Shown here in pieces: positions 47,019-57,049 of a stretch of DNA of 64,000 nt. Within the stretch, counting starts at the first letter, position 1. Each line of letters starts with the position of its first letter. The notes beneath the pieces were generated by a model. The model was not told the DNA's origin. It was given only the letters and a program-made list of their open reading frames with translations, and searched no databases. This stretch comes from an uncultured Chloroflexia bacterium (GTDB lineage: Bacteria; Chloroflexota; Anaerolineae; Promineifilales; UBA4811). The position numbers were made by a program, and so were the translations under genes. The stretch covers positions 133,168 to 197,167 of the forward strand of contig CAVOHX010000009.1 in assembly GCA_963695825.1 (NCBI GenBank), given 5' to 3'.

Positions 47019-48470
47019 CTAGCCCTTCATGACGCCTAGCGGCCGCATACGGGCCACCTTGCGCGCCAGGCCGGCGCTGTGCACCACCTCTACGACCATG
47101 TCCACATCCTTGTAGGCCACTGGAGCTTCCTCGGCCAATCCCGCCATGCTTCCGGCGCGCACCTGGATGCCTTGAGCTTCGAGCTGTTCGCGCAACTCGC
47201 CGCCCCAAACAGTCTTTTTCGCCTGCGAGCGGCTCATGGTGCGACCTGCACCATGGCATGAACTGCCAAAGCTCTGTTGCATCGAGAGTTCGGTTCCCAC
47301 CAGCACCCAGGAGGCGGTACCCATGCTGCCAGGTACCAGCACCGGTTGCCCGACAGCGCGGTACTCGGGCGACAGTTCTTCGAATCCCGGCCCAAACGCG
47401 CGCGTGGCGCCCTTGCGGTGGACACAGAGTTTGGTCAGCGCCCCCTCGATCGAGTGCGTCTCGACCTTGGCAATGTTGTGCGCGATGTCATAGACTTGAT
47501 GCAGGTCGGATCGCTTGGTAACCGGCGCCAGCACTTGCTCAAAGCTCTGGCGTACCCAATGGGTCAGCAATTGGCGATTGGCAAAGGCATAGTTGGCGGC
47601 CGCGCACATGGCCCCGAAATAGTCCTGCCCTTCGCGGGAGTCAAAGGGTGCGCAAACCAGTTCGCGATCCGGCAACTGAATGCCATACTTGTGCACCGCC
47701 TGCTGGAAGGATTTGACATAGTCTGACGCCACTTGATGGCCCAAACCACGTGAGCCGGTGTGGATCTGGACCACAATCTGCCCCGGCCGGAGCCCGAACG
47801 CGTCCGCTGCGACCGGGTCAAACACCTCCTCCACCACATCCACTTCGATAAAGTGGTTGCCAGCGCCCAGGGTGCCGAGCTGGGGTTGACCGCGTTTCTT
47901 GGCTCGTGGGCTCAACTTGGAGGGGTCGGCGCCGGGAATGCGACCGTTGGATTCGGTCCGCTGCAAGTCCTCCTTTCGCGCATAGCCCTTGCCCAGCGCC
48001 CACCCGGCGCCATCGGTCAGCAGCCGGTCCATCTCGCGGTCGCTGATCTTGAGCGTCCCGCCCTTGCCGACGCCGCTCGGGCAATTGCGGTTGATGCTGG
48101 TCATGAGATCCGAGATGTGGTCGGCGATCTCTACCTGGTCGAGATCGGACCGCAGCAGCCGGACCCCGCAGTTGATGTCGTATCCCACGCCGCCTGGCGA
48201 TATCACCCCCTTGGGGAGCTCGGTTGCCAGCACGCCGCCGATACAAAAGCCATATCCCTGGTGGGCGTCGGGCATGGCGGCTGCCCAACCCACTGCACCG
48301 GGTAGGGTGGTCATGTTGACCAGTTGTTCGGCCGTGCGATCGGATAGCGTCGCGTCCAACATCTGCCGGCTGGCAAAAAGCCGCGCCGGTACGCGCATAT
48401 CGTGGCGGTAGTTGGCTGGCACCTCCCACACCATCTCTTGGATCTGATGGAAATCTTTTTTCTGCACCAT
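47019..48470 (-). CDS. rtcB: RtcB RNA 3'-phosphate/2',3'-cyclic phosphate ligase.
   Basis: GGAGG RBS precedes the ATG at 48470. Motifs: [43 protein letters not shown]. Confidence 0.9.
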   Translation of the reverse strand: MVQKKDFHQIQEMVWEVPANYRHDMRVPARLFASRQMLDATLSDRTAEQLVNMTTLPGAVGWAAAMPDAHQGYGFCIGGVLATELPKGVISPGGVGYDINCGVRLLRSDLDQVEIADHISDLMTSINRNCPSGVGKGGTLKISDREMDRLLTDGAGWALGKGYARKEDLQRTESNGRIPGADPSKLSPRAKKRGQPQLGTLGAGNHFIEVDVVEEVFDPVAADAFGLRPGQIVVQIHTGSRGLGHQVASDYVKSFQQAVHKYGIQLPDRELVCAPFDSREGQDYFGAMCAAANYAFANRQLLTHWVRQSFEQVLAPVTKRSDLHQVYDIAHNIAKVETHSIEGALTKLCVHRKGATRAFGPGFEELSPEYRAVGQPVLVPGSMGTASWVLVGTELSMQQSFGSSCHGAGRTMSRSQAKKTVWGGELREQLEAQGIQVRAGSMAGLAEEAPVAYKDVDMVVEVVHSAGLARKVARMRPLGVMKG

Positions 48471-48581
48471 GTTGACCTCCTTGACGGTAGATGTCACGGT
48501 CTTGGCTAGTAGCAACGGCTTTCAGTGGATAGTGAATCAGGGCAGTCGGCCGGGAGCTGGATGAACCGGCCGCTTGCCGGG

Positions 48582-48977
48582 CTATACGTCGAATACTATA
48601 GACGTCTCATACCCGCCGGCGATGGGGCGGATCGCCAGGTTGTGAAAGGTCACCGCTTTGATCAGCTTTTCAATACCGTTCGCGGGGCTGATCACCAGCC
48701 TGGCCGTGAGCGAGTTTGGTGCCAGAGTGACCTGAGTGAAAACGTGAACCATTGCACCCTCGGTTTCCAACCACAGCGACAGTTCCTCCAGCCATGTGAC
48801 CAGCAGGGTCTCCAGATCGGGCGCCTCGAGCGTCACTTGCCTGTCAGCGTGCGGTTGGGTTGGGTTCGCACCTGTCAAGGCGTACATGCCTCGGGCAGCT
48901 TCGATGAACAGCTCCGACAGGTCTCTGCCCCGGACGCGGATCGCATAATCAGCGGTGTGATCGATCTCCTCGAACAT
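48582..48977 (-). CDS. Archease (RtcB activator).
   Basis: FEEIDHTADYAIRVRG...KAVTFHNLAI is present. The gene lies immediately upstream of rtcB on the same strand. Confidence 0.85.
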   Translation of the reverse strand: MFEEIDHTADYAIRVRGRDLSELFIEAARGMYALTGANPTQPHADRQVTLEAPDLETLLVTWLEELSLWLETEGAMVHVFTQVTLAPNSLTARLVISPANGIEKLIKAVTFHNLAIRPIAGGYETSIVFDV

Positions 48978-49028
48978 CGCGACTCCTAATCGTCAGTATA
49001 GCGTATTGAAGGCGGTGCCGCAAGACGA

Positions 49029-49057
49029 TTGACCCACTCTGGTGCATCGGCTATAAT
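49029..49057 (+). promoter_or_regulatory. Near-consensus sigma70 promoter (TTGACC-17 nt-TATAAT). It ends 6 nt before the GTG start of the FHA gene, so a leaderless mRNA is likely.
   Basis: The hexamers and spacing were read directly. The GTG at 49064 starts a protein whose N-terminus (LSRFERMAQRLVEGSLGRLF) matches FhaA-type N-termini, so the start cannot be far downstream. Confidence 0.6.
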
Positions 49058-49063
49058 CGCGGC

Positions 49064-49843
49064 GTGCGAAATTCTCTTTCCCGGTTTGAACGTATGGCTC
49101 AGCGACTCGTTGAGGGGTCGCTGGGGCGGCTGTTTGACGGCCGTTTGCGGGTGCAAGAGGTCGTGGCCCAGCTTACCCGGGCGCTTGAGGATGGCGCAGA
49201 GGGCAGCCACGCGCCCGACCATTATACTGTGATGCTGAACCCTGAGGACCACGCAGTGTTGCTGGGCGCCCATCCAGACCTGGCAGTCTATCTGGCGGAC
49301 CAGGTGCTCAAGCTAACACAGCAGGCGGGCCTGGAGCTATCCCACGCCCCAATGCTCAGGTTGCAGCCGGCGCTAGATCTGCCTGCCGGGTCTCTCCGTG
49401 TCAAGGCCGAGGTGAGTGAGCATGTCAGGGAGCAGACTCAGGCGTTAAGGCCGGCGGACGTCGCCAGCAGCCTCCGCCAGGACGAGCCGGATGGCGATGT
49501 CTATTTGATCATTGACGGGCATCGTCACGTCGTGCTCGACCAACCGGTGTACACGTTGGGCAGGCGACTGGACTGCGATGTGGTGCTGAGTGACCCGCGC
49601 GTGTCGCGCCGCCACGTCCAGTTGCGCTGGCGCTTCGGACGGTACATCCTGTATGACCTCGGCAGCACGGGCGGCACCATGCTTAACGGGCATCCGGTGA
49701 TCGAGGCCGTGCTGGAACCCGGCGATGTCTTTTCCTTGGGCGGAGTGGACGTTATCTACGGCCGGGAACCGGGCGATGACCTACCGCCGACGGCCGGAGA
49801 TACAACTAACACCTGGGTGCGCCCGGTTCTTCCATCCGAGTGA
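49064..49843 (+). CDS. FhaA-like protein with an N-terminal DUF3662-type domain and a C-terminal FHA domain.
   Basis: An RFER...LVEG...RLF start is followed by the FHA signature YTLGRRLDCDVVLSDPRVSRRHVQL...YDLGSTGGTMLNG. Confidence 0.8.
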   Translation: MRNSLSRFERMAQRLVEGSLGRLFDGRLRVQEVVAQLTRALEDGAEGSHAPDHYTVMLNPEDHAVLLGAHPDLAVYLADQVLKLTQQAGLELSHAPMLRLQPALDLPAGSLRVKAEVSEHVREQTQALRPADVASSLRQDEPDGDVYLIIDGHRHVVLDQPVYTLGRRLDCDVVLSDPRVSRRHVQLRWRFGRYILYDLGSTGGTMLNGHPVIEAVLEPGDVFSLGGVDVIYGREPGDDLPPTAGDTTNTWVRPVLPSE

Positions 49844-50283
49844 CCGTGACTCCCGAGACCGTTGTCCTGGCGCTGCGGCTGGTCGGTGGGCTGCTATTGT
49901 TCACCTTTGTGGCTGCACTGCTCATCGTGATTCGCCGCGATATGGCGCTGGCGGCGGCTCAGGTAGCCGCCCGTGAGCGCAAGCATGGCGATCTGGTAGT
50001 GGTCGCGGTCGAGGGGGTGGACGTCCCCATAGGCAGCACCTACCCTCTGCTGCCTATCACCACTCTTGGCCGAGCGCCAACCAACACGGTCCACTTGGCG
50101 GACACTTTTGCGTCTTACCATCACGCCTTGTTGACCCTGCGTACCGGGCGCTGGTGGCTGGAGGATCGCGACAGCAGAAATGGCACCACCTTGAACGGGC
50201 AACCGGTGGAGGTCCCCACCGTGGTGGATGCCGGAGACGTCATTGGTGTGGGCCGAGTGGAGTTCAAGATCGAGTTGGCGTAG
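49840..50283 (+). CDS. FhaB-like membrane-anchored FHA-domain protein.
   Basis: The GTG overlaps the upstream stop (GTGA). An N-terminal TM helix is followed by TTLGRAPTNTVHLADTFASYHHALL...EDRDSRNGTTLNG. Confidence 0.8.
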   Translation: MTVTPETVVLALRLVGGLLLFTFVAALLIVIRRDMALAAAQVAARERKHGDLVVVAVEGVDVPIGSTYPLLPITTLGRAPTNTVHLADTFASYHHALLTLRTGRWWLEDRDSRNGTTLNGQPVEVPTVVDAGDVIGVGRVEFKIELA

Positions 50284-50349
50284 AACTGTGGGCGGTCCGC
50301 CAGGATTAGGCTGTAAAGGTGGGCCCCTTTTTATTACTAGGAGGCACCA

Positions 50350-51142
50350 ATGGATCTAGGTCTTGTAGGCAAGGTAGCGCTGGTGACTGCATCCAGCCAG
50401 GGATTAGGCGCGGCCGTCGCATCGCTTTTTGCACAAGAGGGTGCGCAGGTAGTCATCTGCTCGCGCGACAAGGGGCGGATTGAGAAGCGCGCAACTCTGA
50501 TCCGGCAAGAGACCGGGGTGGACGTTCGGCCGGTGGTGGCGGACGTGACGCGCGCCGATGACGTGGAAAACCTGGTCCACACCACAATCGCCGAGTACGG
50601 CCGCCTGGACATTCTCATCACCAACGCAGGGGGGCCGCCGGCGGCTCGAACTTTATCGATCTCACTCCAGAGGATTTCGAGACTGCATTCCAGGTTAATA
50701 TGATGAGCGCGGTGCGACTCTGCTACGCGGCGGTGCCGCACATGATCAGGCAGGGGGGCGGCAGCATCGTCACCATCACCTCGTTGTCAGTCAAGCAACC
50801 CATCGAAAACCTGGTGCTCTCGAACAGCATACGGCTGGGCGTCATCGGCCTGACCAAGACGCTGGCCAACGAGCTTGGTCCACGGGGGATACGGGTAACA
50901 GCGTTCTCCCCGGCTGGACGCGTACATTGCATATGGAAGAGTTGCTCGAGCGCAAGGCAGAGATCAACCACACAACGGTGGCCGCCGAGGCGGAGCGGAT
51001 GGTGGGCTCATTTCCGCTGAGAAGAATGGCAGAACCCGACGAGTTTGCCCGGGTGACTGTTTTCCTGGCCTCTCCGGCCGCCAGCTATGTACACGGGGTG
51101 GCGTTGCAGGTGGACGGTGGGGCCTACCAGGGGGCCTTGTAA
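50350..51142 (+). CDS. Short-chain dehydrogenase/reductase (SDR). Two frame breaks near 50653 and 50898.
   Basis: AGGAGG RBS. Motifs: GKVALVTASSQGLG, NAGGPP. The fragments join to give ...NFIDLTPEDFETAFQVNMMSAV... and ...GIRVNSVLPGWTRT.... The C-terminal is GVALQVDGG. Confidence 0.8.
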
Positions 51143-51151
51143 GGAGGCGGG

Positions 51152-52019
51152 ATGAAAGAGGTTCAAGTTGCCGTGATCGGCGGCAGCGGCCTATACGGCA
51201 TGCGGGAACTCGATCAGGTCGAGGAACACCGGGTTGACACACCGTTCGGCGAACCGTCGGACGTTATCCACATCGGGGTGCTGCGAGGAGTGCGCGTGGC
51301 TTTTCTGGCTCGTCATGGCCGAGGCCATCTGCACACGCCCAGTCAGGTGCCTTACCTCGCCAACATCTATGCCCTCAAAACCTTGGGGGTCGAGCAGGTC
51401 ATCTCGGTCAGCGCCTGTGGCAGCCTACGGGAGCACCTGCACCCGGGCGAGATCGTGGTTCCAGATCAGCTCTATGACAATACAAAGTTCCGCGTGAACA
51501 CCTTTTTTGGGAACGGGCTGGCGGCGCACATCGGGGTGGCGGATCCGTTCTGCCCGCATCTGAGCGGTCACTTGGTTGACGCTGTCGAGGCGGCCGGCGG
51601 CGTGGTACATCGTGGCGGCACCGTGATCACGATTGAGGGACCTCGCTTTAGCACCAAGGGTGAGTACTCATACGTTCCGGCGCTGGGGGATGGACCTGAT
51701 CAACATGACCACTTGCCCTGAGGCGTTCCTGGCTCGGGAGGCCGAAATGTGTTACGCGGTCATGAATCACATTAGCGATTACGACGTCTGGCATGAGAGT
51801 GAAGAGCCGGTGACGGTAGAGGCCGTCATCGAGATACTCCATCGAAATGCCATTCTCGCTCAGATAGCGCTCGCAAACGTCGTGGGGCGGCTGGCAGGGG
51901 CAGATCGGACTGCGTGTGGTTGCGGAGACGCATTGGGCCAAGCCCTGATCACCCAGCGCGATCGGGTTCCGCCCGCCACGGTCGCCAAGCTCGGCCCCCT
52001 GGTGGAGCGTTATTTGTGA
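51152..52019 (+). CDS. mtnP: S-methyl-5'-thioadenosine phosphorylase, with one frame break near 51665.
   Basis: Motifs: VAVIGGSGLY, FLARHGRGH, GPRFSTKGE|..FRRWGMDLINMTTCPEAFLAREAEMCYA. Confidence 0.85.
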
Positions 52020-52082
52020 TCGACGGCCCCACGATCTGCGGCCGCCGACGAGCGACAACTTTTTTCTGGGTCAGACAGGCCC

Positions 52083-53456
52083 GTGTCGATGGTCGTTCCG
52101 GCTGAGCAACTGTACCATCTGGAGGAGCGCGGCCTAGATTCTCGTCGTCGCGAGCGCGCTCTGTTGGCGTTGGCGGCCGCCTTTGTTGCTGTAACCGCCG
52201 TCGCGCACAGTCTGGTGGTTGACGGCCGCCTTGCCTGGAGCCACCTGTGGCAGGCGCTTGTCTGGGGCGTCACCGTTCTCGTTGCCCATCTGCTCCTGAA
52301 TCGCCTTCAGCCGCTGCGGGATCCGTTGTTGTTTCCCTCTGTCAGCCTTTTGACTGGCTGGGGCGTGGTGCTCATCGACAGGCTGGCGCCACCCTTTGCG
52401 GCGCGGCAGGCGCTCTGGCTCGTGCTGGGAACAGCCGCCATGTTGGCCGTCGCGCTGTGGCCCGCCGGGCGACCCGGCGATCCGGCCGGGCTGCGCTGGT
52501 TGCGTCGTTATCGCTACACCTGGCTCATTCTCGGCATCCTGTTGTTGGCGCTCACGTTTCTCTTTGGCGTCAATCCATCGGGTCGGGGCCTGCGGTTCTG
52601 GCTGGGCGCCCACCTGCCTCTGATCGGCCCGGCCTATTTTCAGCCCTCGGAGCTGCTCAAACTGCTGGCAGTCATCTTTCTCGCCAGCTATATGGCAGAA
52701 AAGGAAGGGATGATCCGGTTGCGTTATCTGCAAATCGGGCGCTTTCGCATAGCACGGCCGCCCTTTGCATACCTGGCGCCACTGCTGGTCATGTGGGGGG
52801 TGAGCGTGGCCCTGCTCGTCTGGCAACGGGATTTGGGGGCAGCGACGCTGTTCTTTCTTGTTTTCGTCGTCATGTTGTACCTGGCGAGCGGCCGGTGGGA
52901 GGCTGTTGTCTCGGGCCTGGTTCTCTTGATTGCACTGGTGGCAATTGCCTACCTGCTGCCGTTAAGTGAGTTGGAGGTTGTGCGCCTGCGGCTGAGCACC
53001 TGGTGGGACCCCTGGAGGGATGCCCAGGGCAGTGGCTTTCAGATCGTCCAGGCCCTGTTGGCGCTGTCGGCGGGCGGCCTGGTAGGCCAGGGGGTTGGGC
53101 AGGGTTTCCCGACCTACATCCCGGTGGTGCACTCTGATTTCGCGTTCGCCGCTCTCGCCGAGGAGTGGGGTCTGGTGGGCACCATGGCAGTGCTGGCCTG
53201 CGTGCTGGTGTTGGTATCCCGCGGCATGCGCCTGGCGTTGCTGGCGCGCCATCCGTTTCTGACCTTTTTGGCGGCCGGCATCTCGGCTTTTGTTGGGATT
53301 CAAACCCTCATCATCGTGGGCGGCGTGACCAAACTGATTCCTCTGACCGGGGTCACCTTTCCGTTTCTGAGCTACGGAGGGAGTTCGTTGATGGTCAGTT
53401 TCCTGATGGTGGGATTGCTCATCAAGGTATCGGGTGAGGTGATGCGGGGTGATTGA
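52083..53456 (+). CDS. rodA: SEDS-family peptidoglycan polymerase (RodA/FtsW).
   Basis: About ten TM segments. Motifs: QPSELLKL, DLGAATLFF, HSDFAFAALAEEWGL, PLTGVTFPFLSYGGSS. Confidence 0.88.
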   Translation: MSMVVPAEQLYHLEERGLDSRRRERALLALAAAFVAVTAVAHSLVVDGRLAWSHLWQALVWGVTVLVAHLLLNRLQPLRDPLLFPSVSLLTGWGVVLIDRLAPPFAARQALWLVLGTAAMLAVALWPAGRPGDPAGLRWLRRYRYTWLILGILLLALTFLFGVNPSGRGLRFWLGAHLPLIGPAYFQPSELLKLLAVIFLASYMAEKEGMIRLRYLQIGRFRIARPPFAYLAPLLVMWGVSVALLVWQRDLGAATLFFLVFVVMLYLASGRWEAVVSGLVLLIALVAIAYLLPLSELEVVRLRLSTWWDPWRDAQGSGFQIVQALLALSAGGLVGQGVGQGFPTYIPVVHSDFAFAALAEEWGLVGTMAVLACVLVLVSRGMRLALLARHPFLTFLAAGISAFVGIQTLIIVGGVTKLIPLTGVTFPFLSYGGSSLMVSFLMVGLLIKVSGEVMRGD

Positions 53457-53489
53457 GATAGATTCGAGGGCCCCTGGCGGCCGTGGTGC

Positions 53490-54897
53490 GTGATGTCTGA
53501 TCGGCTGAGACGGATCAACACGGTTTATCTGCTGCTCATAGGCGTGCTATCCGCGGCCCTCATCTATTGGACCGTGCTGCGCGCCCCAGGTCTGTTGGCC
53601 CGCGACGACAATCCCCGGCTGGTGGAGGCCGAGTTGCGCGTCGCCCGAGGTCGAATTCTCGATCGTGGTGAGGTTGTGTTGGCTCGGACTGTGGGCGAGC
53701 CGGGTCAGTTTCGCGCGCCGCTACGACCTGCCAGACGTGCCCGCGATCGGCTACTATAGTCTGCGCCATGGGGTGGCTGGTGTGGAGGCTGCCTATGACC
53801 TTGCGCTGCGCGGCGGCCTGGGTAGCGCGTGGGCAGACCTTTGGGCCGAGTTTACGCACCGGCATCCGGTCGGCCGGGATGTGCAACTGACCCTGGAGGC
53901 CGACCTTCAAGCTGCCGCCAACGCCGCGTTGGCCGGCCGCGCCGGCGCCGCGGTGGTGTTGGATGCCCGCACCGGCGACATTTTGGCGCTCGCCAGCCAA
54001 CCCACCTACGATCCGAACCAATTGGATGAGCGATTCAACGATTATCAGAACGACGAGGGCGCTCCGTTGCTGAATCGAGCAACGCAAGCGCTGTACCAAC
54101 CCGGCGCGGCTATTTTCCCATTTTTGCTGGCGGCGGGGCTGGAATTCGATATCCTGTCACCCTCAACGCCGATCACGGATGGCAGATCAGCGAGCAACGG
54201 CCCGGTGTGGGGTGACTGTGCTCAAGCGCCGGCCAAAGGCGAGGCGATGCCCACAGAGATCAACCTCTCTGAAGCCATGGCGTACGGGTGCCCGGCCCCG
54301 TTTGTGGACTTGGTTGCCGCGTTGGGGCCGACCAAATTGATAGCTGGACTGTCTCGACTTGGACTGTTCGAGTTGGCGGATCTGCCCCTCGAGTTGGCGA
54401 CGACTGCAGTTCCTGATTTTGCCAACGGGGGACTGGACGCCGAGGCGGTGGGGCAGGGCCAGCTCACCATGAGCCCGCTGCACATGGCCTGGGCGGTGGC
54501 TGCCATCGCCGCCGAGGGCGTTCTGCCGCCTCTGCGGCTGGTCAGCCAGGTCCAGAGCGAGACCGGCGACTGGCAGGTTCAGGTTTCTCCCGCGCTGCCG
54601 GCCGAATTGGGTCTGTCGCCAGCGGCGGCCGAGGGCACCGGCACGGCGCTGGCAGCGGCGGTTCAAACTGGATCAACACAAGCGGCGCTGATTCAGGGCC
54701 AGCAAGCGGTCGGGTATGCCGCGACCGCCTTGACGGGGCCCGGCGAGTCACGCAATGCCTGGTTTCTCGGCTATCTCCACGGCCCCTCGAGCCGCTATGT
54801 GGTGGTGGTCCTGCTGGAGGATACAGACCGATCCGATACCGCTGCCCGGTCAGCGCGCGTTATCTTTCAGGCGCTGGTCGATTGGCAGTCCGGATAG
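53490..54897 (+). CDS. Class B penicillin-binding protein (PBP2/PbpA-like transpeptidase), with one frame break near 53710 (T run).
   Basis: The N-terminal anchor ORF (53490-53759) joins as ...GEPGQF|ARRYDLPDVPAIGYYS. The dimerisation and transpeptidase blocks are collinear with PbpA-type proteins. The gene is adjacent to rodA. Confidence 0.8.
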
Positions 54898-54908
54898 GCG
54901 GACTGGTG

Positions 54909-56894
54909 CTAAAGATCGACATAGCCATCGGGGATGGTCTGCACGGGGTTGATTTCATCGAATAGGTCCATCAACTCGGCGATGAGCGCTGCCTTGCGTT
55001 CAGCATCCCGGATAGACCAGGTTCGAGATTTGATCTCGACGAAATAGCTCTCCTTGGGTGGCTGTAGCAGTCGGTCCAGGTTGACGGCAAAGTCCGTGTC
55101 CTGGTAGCGAATGCGCCAGCGGCGGCGCTCCTTGTCAACCTGGCGGGTCGCCTTGGGTTGAAAATACTCGTGATAGAAGCGCAGACTCTTGTCGGCCGGG
55201 GCGAGATAGCGCGAGCGAGACAGCATGACTGCGCCCGGGAATTCGCGTTCGCTGGAGAGGCCGATGAGAGTGAGGCGGTTGCGGGCGTCCACCACCTCAC
55301 CGGCGGCACTGACGATCTGATCCTCGCGGAAGCGCAGCCGGTCTGCATCGGGATCGGTCTGGTCAAACAGGAAATAGGTGTCGTACTGCCGGTAGTGTGA
55401 TTGGTTGGTAATCGTGATCGCCGGATTTCCTAGCACCGCCTCAACATGGCGCAGCGCCGGCTCTCCCAGCACCCCTTTGACCTGCACCTCAAAGCTCTCT
55501 TCCTGCCTGACCCCGCCGATGACCAGCAGTTTGCTCAGCACGCTTTGTTCGCGCTCGATCAAAAAGGTATCAATCCGCTTGCCAAGCTGGCTCGCCTCTT
55601 GCAGGATTTCCTCCTGGTTCAAAGTAAGCAGGCGCCGGTCGCGCAGTAGCCAGCGGCCGTTGACCAGCACGTGCAACACATCAGTGCTCTTGGCGGCGTA
55701 GATGAGCTGCGCATAGACTGCGTCGGGGTCGCGGCCGAACCGGGGTGTGTTGTGCAGGCCGGTGAGCTCGACGACGGCAATGTCCGCCCGTTTGCCGGCT
55801 TCCAGGGAACCGATCTCGTCGACCAGGTGAATCGCGCGCGCCCCCTCAATGGTGGCAAGGGCCAGCGCCTGGCGCGCCGGCAATGCGGTCGGGTCGCCGC
55901 TGGTACCCTTGGCCAAAAAGGCCGCCAGCCGGATCTCGTCCAGCATGTCCAGGTCGTTGTTGCTGGCTGCGCCGTCGGTACCAATGCCCACGGTGAGGCC
56001 CAGCTCTAGCATGCGACGGACCGGGGCGATGCCGCTCGCCAGTTTCAGGTTGCTGGAGGGATTGTGGATCACCCCTGCTTTGTGGTTGCGCAAGAGCTGC
56101 ATTTCGCTGTCCCCCAAGTGGACGCAGTGCGCCGCAATTAGCTTGGTGTCCAGCAGCCCGTTCCTCTGCAGCCAGGGCACGACCGGCATGCCGTTTTCCC
56201 GCAGGCTGATCTCCACCTCCTCGGCGGTCTCGCTGATGTGGGTCAGCAGCGGGACATTGTGTTCGCGCGCCAGTTCGGCGCAGGCCCGCAGGATTTCGGT
56301 GGTGCAGGTATAGTGAGCGTGGGGACCTACGGCCGGGGTGACCAGCGGGTGTCCGATCCAATGGTCGATGAATTCATGGCAGCGGCGCAGGCTGGCGTCG
56401 TAGCTGTTGGCGTCAGGGGTTGGGTATTTGAGGATCGTCTCGGCGCACACGGCGCGCATGCCAGCGTCGGCCGCCGCCCCAGCCACGTATTCTTCAAAAT
56501 AATACATGTCTGCAAAGCAGGTCACACCGGCGCGGATCATTTCGGCGCACGCAAGCCGCGTGCCGAGGCGCACGAATTCCGGGCGCACAAACTCTCTCTC
56601 GACGGGCATGACGTAGCCGAGCAACCAGACATCCAGCCGGAGGTCGTCTGCCAGGCCGCGGAGCAGCGACATAGGCGCGTGCGTATGGCCGTTGATCAGG
56701 CCCGGCATGATGACCTTGCCGGCGCAGTCTATGGTTTCGGCGGCCGCAAATCTGCCCGCAAGCTGCTCGGCCGGCCCGACGGCAACGATGCGATCTTCCA
56801 GAATGGCCACCGAACCAGGCGCCACGTGGGAAAAGGCGCGATCCATAGTAAGCACCATCCCGTTTACCAGCATCAGATCGATAGGTTGAGCCAT
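54909..56894 (-). CDS. Fusion of an MtaD-type amidohydrolase (5-methylthioadenosine/S-adenosylhomocysteine deaminase family) with a C-terminal CYTH-like domain.
   Basis: Amidohydrolase motifs: PGLINGHTHAPMS, HISET, GTDGAASNN. The C-terminal region of about 215 residues has a CYTH-like strand pattern (FEVQVK..., RLRFRE, YFVEIKSR). Confidence 0.75.
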   Translation of the reverse strand: MAQPIDLMLVNGMVLTMDRAFSHVAPGSVAILEDRIVAVGPAEQLAGRFAAAETIDCAGKVIMPGLINGHTHAPMSLLRGLADDLRLDVWLLGYVMPVEREFVRPEFVRLGTRLACAEMIRAGVTCFADMYYFEEYVAGAAADAGMRAVCAETILKYPTPDANSYDASLRRCHEFIDHWIGHPLVTPAVGPHAHYTCTTEILRACAELAREHNVPLLTHISETAEEVEISLRENGMPVVPWLQRNGLLDTKLIAAHCVHLGDSEMQLLRNHKAGVIHNPSSNLKLASGIAPVRRMLELGLTVGIGTDGAASNNDLDMLDEIRLAAFLAKGTSGDPTALPARQALALATIEGARAIHLVDEIGSLEAGKRADIAVVELTGLHNTPRFGRDPDAVYAQLIYAAKSTDVLHVLVNGRWLLRDRRLLTLNQEEILQEASQLGKRIDTFLIEREQSVLSKLLVIGGVRQEESFEVQVKGVLGEPALRHVEAVLGNPAITITNQSHYRQYDTYFLFDQTDPDADRLRFREDQIVSAAGEVVDARNRLTLIGLSSEREFPGAVMLSRSRYLAPADKSLRFYHEYFQPKATRQVDKERRRWRIRYQDTDFAVNLDRLLQPPKESYFVEIKSRTWSIRDAERKAALIAELMDLFDEINPVQTIPDGYVDL

Positions 56895-56956
56895 GGGGCT
56901 TTCCTCGTGAATGGGGTTGCGATCACCAGTAACCTGGTGCGGGTATTATATGCGGC

Positions 56957-56985
56957 TTTCAGGGAGCAAGCAACCATGCTATAAT
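56957..56985 (+). promoter_or_regulatory. Candidate promoter (TTTCAG-17 nt-TATAAT) upstream of the class IV aminotransferase gene.
   Basis: The -10 box is a perfect TATAAT. The -35 box is weak. Confidence 0.35.
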
Positions 56986-57049
56986 CGCCGCCAACAATCA
57001 AGCGCCACGGCCGGCTTGCCTCCGGCAGCGGACGGGCGGAGAGGTCATC

